DNA of 64,000 bases from Ginglymostoma cirratum (Eukaryota). Positions 49,101 to 60,867 of the stretch are shown piece by piece (position 1 is the stretch's first letter; each line of letters starts with the position of its first letter). A program made the position numbers and the translations under genes. The notes below the pieces were generated by a model. The model was not told the origin of the DNA. It ran no database searches and saw only the letters and a program-made list of their open reading frames with translations. Location of the stretch: the NCBI GenBank assembly GCA_024137785.1, contig JAHRHZ010000002.1, positions 20,834,898 through 20,898,897 of the forward strand, given 5' to 3'.

Positions 49101-52100
49101 AACCTAAAACAGACAGTGCTGGAAATATTCCATAGATCATGCAGAATCTGTGAAGAGAGAGACCAAATTAATATTTGAGGGGAAATAAGGATTTATTTTT
49201 AGTGAGGTGTATAATGAGGAACCAGTTCATGATAGTCTGATATTGACACCATCTCCAGAGGTCATGGTGCCCATTGGATTCATTCATTTATTTGGTTTTC
49301 TTTTCTAGGCCTCAGGAAATCTGAAGATTTTTGTGGTAAGTGATGTTTCTTCAGTCTGTGGGACATGTGCTGATGTTATATTGACTCTCCCTGTTGAGGA
49401 ATTTCACACTGTCATCCTGACCTTTACTGTTTCTGTCTTGAGAGGGGCCAGACCCCTCCTATATGTTACTGACCACAACGGTCTCAGGAGGTTCCCTGTG
49501 TCAGTTCCTAATCCTACTCTCAATTATCTTGTCAGGGTATTCTATGAGTATAAATCCTACCTGTAGGGGATCGGTGATGGCCTAGTGGTATTATTCCTAG
49601 ACTATCGCAACCAACTAATGTTCTGGGGACCTGGGTTCAAATCGCACTAATCGATGGTGGAATTTGAAATCAATAAATTTAAAAATAAGTCTGGAATTAA
49701 GAATCTACTAAACACCATGAAATCATTGCCGATTGTTGGAAAAACCCATCTGGTTCACCAATGCCCTTCAGGAAAGGAGATCTGCCACCATCACCTGGTC
49801 TGGCCTACATGTGACTCCAGACTCACAGCGTGTGGTTGACTCTCAATTACCCTCTGAAATGACCTAGCAAGCCATCCATCATAGAATCCCTACAGTGTAG
49901 AAACAGGCCCTTTGGCCCAACGAATCCACACCGACCCTCAGGGCATTCCATCCAGACCCAACCCCTATCACCCACCTAAGTTACACATCCCTGAACACTA
50001 CAGGCAATTTAGCATGGTCAATCCACCTACCCTGCACATCCTTGGACTGTGGGAGGAAACCCGAGCAACTGGAGGAAACCCACGCAGACCCTGGGAGAAT
50101 GTGCAAACCCCACACAGACAGTCACCCTAGAGTGGAATTGAACCCAGGTCCCTGGCGTTATGAGGCAGCAACGCTAACCACTGTGCCACTGTGACGCCCC
50201 ATTCAGTTGTACCAATCGCTACAAAGTCTTAAAGAAATGAAACTGCGCGGATCACCTGGTATCAACCTCGGCACCGGAAAAGGCAACGGCAGAAACAGCC
50301 CTGTTGATCCTGCAAAATCCTCTTTGCCAACATCTGGTGGTTAGTGCCAAAATTGGGAGAGCTGTCTCAAAAGCTAGTTAAACAACAGTCTGACATAGTC
50401 GTACTCACAGAATCGTACCTTAGAGACAATGTTGCAGACACTACCATCTGCAGGACAGACCCAGCAGAGGTGGTGGCACAGTGGTATACAGTCGGGAGGG
50501 AGTTGCTTTCGGAGTCCTCAACATTGACTCTGGACACCATGAAGTCTCATGGCTTCTTAAACATGGGCAAGAAGCCCTCCTGCTGATTACCACATACCTC
50601 CCTTGGTTGATGAATTGGTACTCCTCCACACTGAATAAGTCTTAGATGAAGCACTGAGGATGGCAAGGGCACAAAATGTACTCTGGGTGGGGAATTTCAA
50701 TGTCCACCACCAAGAGTGGCTTGGCAGCAGTGCTACTGATGGAGCAGGTTGGGTCTGAAAGGACATAGCTGCTAGTCTGGGTCTGTGGCAGGTGGTGAGG
50801 GAAAAACATACTTTACCTCATCCTTACTAATCGGCCAGCCGCAGTTGCATCTATCTATGACCGTATCACAAGAGTGACCATTGCACAGTCCTATGGAGAC
50901 GAAGTCCCACCTTCACATTGAGAATAACCTCCATCTTGTTGTGTGGCACTATCACCGTACTAAATGGGACAGACTTCGCACAGATCTAGAAACTTAAGAC
51001 TGGGCATCCATGAGGCGCTGTGGGCCATCAACAGCACCAGAATTGTACTCTAGCACAATCTGTAACCTCATGGCCCGGCATATCCCCCACTCAGCCATTA
51101 CCATCAATCCAGGGGATCAACCCTGGTTCAATGGGGAGTGCAGGAGGGCATGACAGGAGCAGCATTAGGCATACCTGAAGATGCAGTATCAATCTGATGA
51201 AGCCACCATATAGGACTACTTGCATGCCAAACAATGAAAGCAGCAAGTGATAGACAGAGCTAAGTGATCCCACAACCAACGGATCAGATCTAAGCTCTGC
51301 AGTCTTGCCCCATCCCGTCGTGAATGGTGGTGGACAATTAAACAACTCACTGAAGGAGGAGGCTCCACAAATATCCCCATCCTCAATGATAGAAGAGCCC
51401 AGCACATCAGTGCAAAAGATAAGGCTGAAGTACCGAATGGATGATCCATCTCAGCCATCTGCAGTGGTCCCCAGCATTACAGATACCAGAGTTCAGCCAA
51501 TTCGATTCACTCCACGTGATATCAAGAAATGGTTGGAGACACAGGATACAGCAAAGGATACAGTCCCTGGCAACATTCCGGCAATAGTAACTAAGCACTT
51601 GTGCTCCAGAACTTGTCATTCTCCTAGCCAAACTGTTCCAGTACAGTTACAACGCTGTTATCTTCCCGACAATGTGGAAATTTATCCAAGTATGTTCTGA
51701 ACACAAAAAGCAGGAGAAATCCAACTCAGCCAATTACTGCCCCATCAGTCTACTTTCAATAACCAGTAAAGTGATGGAAGGTGTCATCAACAGGGCTATC
51801 AAGCAAAACCTGCTCAGCAATAACCTGCTCAGTGACGCCCAGTTTGGGCTCCTCCAGGGCCACAGATCCTGACCTCATTACATCCTTGGTTCAAACGTGG
51901 GCAGAAGAGCTGAATTCCAGAGGTGAGGTGAGAGTGTCAGCCCTTGATATCGAGGGTGCATTCGACTGAGTGTGGTATCAAGGAGCCCTAGTAAAACTGT
52001 AATCAATGGGTATCAGGGGGCAAAATCTCCGACACATACCCGACACATAGAAAGATGGTTGTAGTCGTTGGAGGTCAATCATCTCAGCTCCAGGACATCT

Positions 52101-55100
52101 CTGCAGGAGTTCCTCAGGGTAGCGTCCTAGGCCCAACCATCTTCAGCTGCATCATCAATGAACTTCTCTCCATCATAACGTCAGAAGTGGGGATGTTCGC
52201 CGATGATGTTTGCACAATGTTCAACACCATTCGTGACTCCTCAGATACTGAAGCAGTCCGTGTTCACGTGCAACAAGATCTGGACAATATCCAGGCTTGG
52301 GCTGACAAGTAGCAAGTGACATTCGCACCACACAAATGCCAGGCTATAACCATCACCAATAAGAGACAATGTAACCACCGTCCCTTGACATTCAATGATG
52401 TTACCATCACTGAATCCCCCACTATCATCATCCTGGGTGTTATCATTGACTAGAGACTCAACTGGATTCGCTGCACAGACACAGTGGTTAGAAGAGATAA
52501 CAAGGCGTGGGGCTGGATGAACACAGCAGGCCAAGCAGCATCATAGGAGCAGGAAAACTTGACGTTTCGGGCCTAGACCCTTCATCAGAAATCAGAAATC
52601 TTCTAACAGTGGTTAGAAGAGCAGGTCAGAGCCTAGGAATACTGCGGTGAGTAACTCACCTCCTGACTCCTCAAAGCCTGTCCACCATTCTACAAGGCAC
52701 AAGTCAGGAGTGTGATGGAATACTCCCCACTTGCCCTGGATGAGTGCAGCCCCAACAACACTCAAGAAGCTTGACACTATCCAGGACAAAGCAACCTGCT
52801 GGAATTTCACTACATCCACAAGCAACCACATCCTCCACCACCAATGCTCAGTAGCAGCAGTGTGTACTATCTACAAGATGCACTGCAGATATTCACCAAA
52901 GACCCTTAGACAGTACATTCCAAACCCACAACCACTTCCATCTAGAAGGACAAGGGCAGCAGATATATGGCTACACCACCACCTTCAGGTTCCCCTCCAA
53001 GCTACTCACCATCCTGACTTGGAACTATATCGCCGTTCCTTCACTGTTGTTGGGTCAAAATCCTGGAATTCCCTCCCGAATGGCATTGTGGGACAACCCA
53101 AAGAAGGAGGTTCAAGAAGCTAACTCACCAACACCTTCTCAAGTGCAACTGGGGACAGGCAATAAACACTGGGATCCAGCGACACCCACATCCCACAAAT
53201 GAATAGAAAAAAGAAACATGCAACCCCATGCTCCAAGATTCTCTATCCCTTTCTGTCTCTTCCTCTCTCACAACTCTCTCTCTTTCTCCCCTCTCTTTTG
53301 GCCCCCTTGCCTCCACTCTTCCACCCACTCTTTCCCCCCTTTCTCTTCCCCCCCCCCCCTCCCCCCCTCTGTCTCTTTCCCCCTCCATCTCTTTCTGGCA
53401 CATCTCTTTTTCCCCACCTCTCTCTTCCCCACCTTCCCACACTTCTTCCCCTTCTTCTCTCTTCTTCCCTTTCTCCCCCCTCTCTCTTCCCTTCTCCATG
53501 TCCCCCTTCTCCTCCTCCTTTCTCCGTACTCCTGCTTTCTCTCTCCTCCTCCTCTCTCCCTCTGATCTTACAATGTGAGAATGGGCAATGTGATTTTGGT
53601 GATGCGTGCTGCATTGGGAATGGAACAGGGTTCAGTGTGAGGGGTGAAGGGCTGTTGCTGATTTAATGTTTTCGTTTGATCTGTTACAGAACATCTAAAG
53701 CTGATGGAAGAAGTCGGTGAGTAACCGTTCAAAGCAGAGAGTTAAATGTGATGGGAGTGGGAAACCCAGTGATGTGGACATATCGTCACATCTGGGTGAA
53801 AAACATTTGTGTAACTGTAATTCTAGGTCTGGTGATATAATGGATTACAAATAGATTGGGTTTGAAGGTCTCCATGGCGTGAATAATAAGAAAGATTTGC
53901 ATTTTATGGCACCTTTCACATTCTGAGGATGTCCCAATGTTCTTTGTTAAAAGTGACGTACATAACAAAACAAGGACTGGGAGTAAGAGTCGGCCACTTG
54001 ACTTGAGCTGTTTCATTGTTCAGTCTGATCATGATGAATCTACTTCCCTGCACTATCCCCCATAAAGACTCTACCATTTTATTTTTCTGTATTTTGGCTT
54101 GATGAGGTAAAGAATTCTTAAGATTCACAACCCTTTCAGTGAGGAAATTCTCTTCACCACAGACCTGAATGGGAAAGATGGGTTTCAGAATGGCCAGTGA
54201 GTTAGCTTTGAGAATCTAAGGAGACTGTCAATACAGTGCAATGTTAGAATGGTCAGTTTCTGTCTGTTGGAAAGGTGAACTCTATGTCATGGGTGAACTG
54301 AGGTTCCGTCATGAGCTTTTGGCATCAAGTCACAGTCCAAGATTTGGGTACAATGCTGTTGCTGACACTTCAGCGCATAGCTGAGGGAGTGCTACACTGT
54401 CAGAGGCACTGTCTTTTACATCAGACTTTAATGCAAGACATTGCATGCTTTTGAATGTTTTGTAGCTCTTAGCTGTATCTCTAGGAAGAACAAAGAACTT
54501 CTCCCCAGAGTCCTAGCCAATATTTACCACTCTGTAGTGGAATCACAGGAATCTGTTGATTTGGTAATTGTCCTGGTTACTGTTTTGTGGAATCTTCCTG
54601 TGCACAGATTAGTTGCTGCAGAAGGACACAGTACAGAAGAGGCCTTTCAGCCCATCAAGTCTATACTGATCTGTTTCCTTTGTGATGAGATATGCTTTTG
54701 AGAGGGATTTGTTTTGTCTTGGTTCTTCTCAGATAGGACTGTTGTAAACCTGCTGACAAGGTGTCTGCTCCTGGAAAGCAGAGTAAATAACTTTGAGTTT
54801 ATTTTTATATTAGGCAAAAGCAGCATGAATGTGTGGAGTCAGGCTCACAGAGACCTAGGGTTTTAGTCTTCGTTTTGCTTTCACTTGTTGAAGTTGGGTT
54901 TTGGAATGAAGCTGCTAAATACAGTCTCTCTCTTTAGAGCTGAAAATGCTTGAGTTTTCTCTCTGCTGCTAGATTCATTCTGTCAGTGTTCCTTCTCCTG
55001 GACTGGAGGACATAGCACGTGAGGGAAATCTGTTTTACCGAACTTGCCTTTGAAAGGGTGTGTTTATGGGGTGCTGCCATATTAGAACATTTGATGAGTT

Positions 55101-58100
55101 GTAATTAAATGATATATTATTTTGTTAAGTCTTCTAGGAGAATTATTCTTTGCTTTTCTTGTATTTTAGCTGTGATATAGGAATAAAGTGTGTTTAGCTT
55201 AAAGCCTAGTAATTTGAACAATCAAATCACATCTTCAAAGTAGTGCCTTACCTTGCCTTGAAATAAGATAAAAATTAAGGTCTATGCTATCTCCTTGATA
55301 TATTTGAGGGGGTTTGAGTCTGGTCCATAACACCTTAATTCGACAGTTCTGTTTCTACAAGACACTGGAGGACACACTGTAACTGTTACTTAAATCTAAA
55401 TTAATCCTCAGTATTTCTCACATTGATTTTTTTTAAACTTTCAGAGCAAGAAAAAATGAAGGCAGATAAAGGTAAGTGATCAGAAACCCGGGGATGGTGG
55501 AGGTGGTTCCATTGAGATCCTGACTGTGTATCTGTGTGTCCGGGCAGTTCACAGCACATCCAAGACTCGGGTCAATTTCAAACGGAGATAACAAATGGTC
55601 ATTTTATTTGTCATCTCACTGAGGTGATTTTACTTTTTTTTTGCAGAGTATGGAAGACTTCACCAGAAGATTGGTAAGAACTTGAAACCAATTGGATAAA
55701 GGTGATGGAAGAGAGGGAGTTGTGGATGGATTAACCCCACAGTAAGAGAATGGGAAAGCAATGGGGAAGGCTGGATGGTAACTCTGACTGGGACCAGACC
55801 CTAGTAGGAGAGAAGCAGTTTTGGAATAACGTGGAAGTCCTGCAGATCCTCCAATGGGTCTGCCGTAAAGTGGGTGATGGGTGAGGGAGTGGGTTTGGGC
55901 CTCTGTCATTCTGGGAGTAAGAGTAAGACAAGAGTTGACCTGGTTACTGTCAACTCTGAATCACATTGTTGTTTGTTTTACATTTCAGAGATCGCTAAGC
56001 AAAAAGGGAAACAAGGTGAGTTATGAGAACACACATTATTTGGATTGTAGTATTTTATTTCAGTGTCAGAATGTCTGAACACAATTTAACAGGTTTGTGA
56101 AAAACTATTAATGGCCTTATCACAAATTGTTCCATTAAAGCCAACGCCAAATTATAATGCTCTCCTGTGACTATTGGTGAAGTGGGCGAGTTAACTCAGC
56201 CAATCCTTCAATGTGAGCTGTTCACATTCACCAATCTCAGAACTGGGGTCCTCGAGAAGCTATTTTCCCAGGAATTTCCTGAGCTGATACAAACAGATCT
56301 GCGGATATCTGGAAACACATGCATGTTGAAATGAGCAAGTTTCAATATCAACAGTCTTCAGCTATTTATTAATAGTGCAATGAGACCACTGGCTTCACCA
56401 ATCCGTAAAGTGCTCGCTGATCAAAACCGTCAGCAAATGCTGGAAGGACAGAGTCAACATTGGTTTCAAAAGAAGCATTGGTTTACGTGGGTAGAGTCTA
56501 AACAGAGCATAAACGGCAAAATTATTCTCCAGATTCCTGCGATTTTGTTGACTTTGATATAAAGACTTATGAAACTTGAGCAGGATGCCTGAAGCTCATC
56601 GCAAGGTTCTAACCAGAGGGATAATCTTCACATTAACACACACTCCTCCTCCTCCCTGCAAATCAACAAATCACATGTCATTTTTTAAAATTTGGGCATG
56701 TGTTTGTGAATCAGTCATTGATTTCACAATCGATTCTCTTCATAGTTCTATAAATAACCAAATAAAGTAACGTCTACCATATTTCAGTATTTTCTAGTTA
56801 TTTCTAATCTTTGATATTCTGATGTGAGGAATACAAACCTCACTACAGCAGGAGAACAGTGCATTCCTGACAACACACAATTTCATCTAATTCTACACAC
56901 CCTGACTGGGTTCTGACATTTTAACCTGTAAACTTGTGGCCATCCAACACTCTGCTGCCCATGTCTTCACTCATCCTAAGTTCCACTCACCTGCTTACTG
57001 ACCTACATTAGCTCCTCGTAAGACAATGTCTCCATTCCTAATTTCTCACTCAAGTCTTGCAGTCCCTTCATGTCCTTGCCCTCTCTACTCTGTAACTCTG
57101 AGATTCCTGTGGTCCTTTAATTCTGGCCTTTTGCACACCAAAAATTATAATGTTACTTCATTGGAGAATGTAATTTCAGTTGCCTCCGTTCCAAACTCTA
57201 CTCCTGCATCCTCAATTCACTTTCATCTTTAAAACACATCGTAAAAACATCCCTGTTTGATAAGCTTTTAGTTACCTCTCATATTTTTATTTATAATATT
57301 TGAAGCATTTTGAGATATTGTTGAAGAAAAACAGCCACTCTAAAAATGTAAATTGTTGTGTAAAATACGTACAATGTATTGTCTGACAAGTGAGCAATGT
57401 CACACAAGGATCATTCAGATAACAATTTCTTTTAACTGCTTTTTTTTTCTAAACTATATTCTCTTTCAAAAAATCTCTGATTGGGAAATGATTTTCAGTG
57501 ACTTTTTTGATATAATCAATGATCTGGTTTTAAATTGCCTTGTCTATTTTTCTCTTCAGAATGTAAGAAGCTTCAGCAGGAGTTTGGTAAGAGATTATTT
57601 CCAAATCATAAACACTCTGGGATTGGGTTTTCAACTCGTGTTCAGCACTGGTTTCTTCACTAGCATCACATGGCCATTGAAAGCTAAAAGCAATGTGGAG
57701 GACTATCCCAAGTTTGTTTCTGGTGCTATCAGCTTAAATGGGTTTGTTGTTGCTGGATGTATCTAGGGGTAATTGATGGGAATAGCGTAGTGAGAGCTTT
57801 ACTCTATATCTAGCCCATGCTGTACATGTCCTGAGAGTATGTGATGGGACAGTGTAGAAGGATAAGGTTTAGTCTGTTTCTGACCTGTGCTCTACTTGTC
57901 CTGGGAGTGTTTGATGGGGACACTGCAGACAGAGCTTTACTCTGATTCCAACCCTGTAGTTTACCTGACCTGGCGGTGTGTGATGGGATAATACAGGGGG
58001 AGCTTCACTCTCTGTATAGTCCATGCTATATACCTGTGACTATTTAATGAGACAATGTGAAAGGATGGGTTTTACACTGTATCTAACCTGTGCTGTAACT

Positions 58101-60836
58101 GTCCTGACAATGTCTGAAAGGGACAGCGTTGAGGGAGTTTAGCGCTGTCCTGTCCTGGGTCTCCTGATACTGCTAATGTTTTAATTTTGTGCCCTGACTC
58201 TCAGCCTCAGACTCTCACCCAGTTAGTGTAATATTTTGGTAGGGTTAATGACAGACACAACGGTGGTATGTGCTACCTGAGATGGTTTTGCTTGCCAGGA
58301 CAATATTGAGTTAACCAATTTAGCTCTTGCTGCCCTTTCCCTCTGAGGGAGTGGTGGGGGTGGGGATTGGGAAACGTTGGATAATGTGGATCTCTGAGGA
58401 ATTAAGGTTCCACACTGACATTCCTGGCAGGGATGGGACAGAACAGTGGGTGGTGGAATGGATAATCTCATCGCTGACCTGTGCAGGGTGAGGGGAGGCC
58501 CGAACAGTGTTCACACCAAGTGGTGACTCCTTCTGGAAGCTTCTATGCTTTAATATGTCTGTTTCTTTATCCTTCTACAGAAAAGGAGAAGGCTGCCATT
58601 CATGCAGGTAAGCAGAGAGCTGAGGAATGGGAGTTCCTGTTGTAGGAGAGGACTAGCAGATGTGTTACCAATTCTGATTTGATGCACTCCTGGAGGTTTC
58701 AACATGTGACTTTGTGCCTCCAATTCCTTGTAGCCAATCAAACAGGCCTTCCCTATTCTCCAGTTTGTTTTAGGAGTTCAAAAACATTCAAATAATTCAC
58801 ACACTGTGTAATGTCTGTGAGCTTCCATTCCTGGGCATTGGTCACTGTGACAAAGATATTGGCCAGTCATTTCTGGAGAGTTGGTTCCCCATGGCAGGGA
58901 AGGATGGGTGGTGAAGATCTGTTTATGTTACAAATATTTAACGTCAGGGTTATTGCCTTCTGGTCACTTCCCTACTCTGGAGGGAAATGAGACAGAGTCA
59001 TAGAGATGTACAGCATGGAAACAGACCTTTCAGGCCAACTAGTCCATGCTGACCAGATATCCTAAATTAATCGAGTCCAATTTGCTGGCATTTGGTCCAT
59101 ATCCCTCTAAACCCTTCCTATTTATATACCCTAAATGTTGTAATTGTACCAGCCTCCACCTCTTCTTCTGGCTGTCCATTGCATACACTCACCACCTTCT
59201 CTGCAAAAAAATTGCCCCTTTGGTCCCTTTTAAATCTTTCCCCTGTCATCTTAAACCTATGCCTTATAGTTCTGGACTCCCCTACCCTGGGGAAAACATC
59301 TCGGCCATTCACCCTCTCCATGTCCTTCATGATTGTATAAACTCTTATAAGGTCACCCCTCAGCCTCTGACGCTCCAGGGAAAATAGCCCCCACCTCTTC
59401 AGTGTCTCCCTATAGCTCAAACCCTCCAACCCTGGTAACATCTTTGTAAATCTTTTCTGTACCCTTTCAAGTGTCACAACACCTTTCCTATAGCAGAAAC
59501 TCTTCACTCCCCAGCTAACACCAATGTTGGCCTGACCCAATGGTGACCCTGGCATTTGGGTAGATGATTCCTGATGTAGTGGGGGGCTTGCAGTACGGAT
59601 ACAGCTGGCACAGAGAGCAGTCCAATGGATCGATGTTGCACTACCCACTGCTCCAGCTTGTGGTGGTTGGTGCTACCACTGGCCACTGCTGGTTTCTCAC
59701 AGGCCGAGTGAGACTAGCTGATGGAGACTGAGCTCAGAGCAGAGAGTTCAATATGGAGTGCAGAGGGCAACAAAGAATAGAAGATGGTGACATTGTGAAA
59801 TTAAGGTTTGTAATTGATACTTCTCCCTTGTCTGTTACAGAACATGAGCAGTTCAAGAAAGAAGTTGGTAAGTGGTTATATCGAATTTTGAATTTACATC
59901 GATGGTCACTTTGGACGAAATGCATATTTGCTGCAGCTGTTTCTCAGTCTGTGCTTGGACAGGGGGCTGTTTTCTCAGTCTGTACTCAGACTGGGGGCTG
60001 TTTCTCAGTCTGCACTCAGGCTGGGGGCTGTTTCTCAGTCTGTGCTCGGCCTGGGCCACTTTGTCAGTCTGTGGTTGGGTTGGGGACTGTTTTCTCGGCC
60101 TGTGCTTGGGCTGGGGAGCTGTTTCTCAATCACATTATCAGTGTTGAGGAGCACACATTTTAGCCTTGCTTTACCCTTTTCACTAGCACTGTATAAAGTC
60201 TCACCTGGTTTATTGTTCCATGTTGTTGCTAAGCTCTTGATTCTGTCTTACAGATGAAGCGAGGGAGTCAGACAAAGCAGGTATGTGACTGTGTGTGGGC
60301 CTTGAGGAGTAAACTTCACCTCTACACTAGGATGGGGAGGGGACTGTGATCGTGTATGCTCTGACAGAGAACAGGTAGAAAACCCAGGCACAGCAAATGC
60401 TTCTCTCTTCACTAATTTTTATTTTCAATCTCTCAGTCTCACTCTCTTTTTGTGTTTTTTCTCGCTTTCCTCTCCCATTCTCACCCTCTGCTCCTCAGCA
60501 TCTCTTCCTCTCTCTCTGCTCTTAATGCTCCCCATGTCCTTTCTTTCTTTCTCTTTTTCATTCCTTCTCTTTCTATTTCTTCTTTGCCTTTGCTTTCTCT
60601 TCTCATGTTTCCCCATTGCCCCCTCTCTTCTCATCCTACTCATATCTCTCCATCTCCCTCTCTCTTCTCCTCCTAGTCATGTCTCTCCATTTCTCCACTT
60701 TGTTCATTCCCTCTTCCCTATATTCTGTCTTCTCAAATCTCTCTCTCTGTATTCTTTGTCCACTTAACTCTGTCTGTCTGACTGTCTTACTCTGTCTGCC
60801 TGTCTGTGTCTCTCTTGCTGTCTCTGCCTATCCATA

Positions 60837-60867
<31 letters not shown>

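Noticed and set aside
57765-60130. CRISPR-like arrays
   Set aside because: Eukaryotic minisatellites without unique spacers or cas genes.
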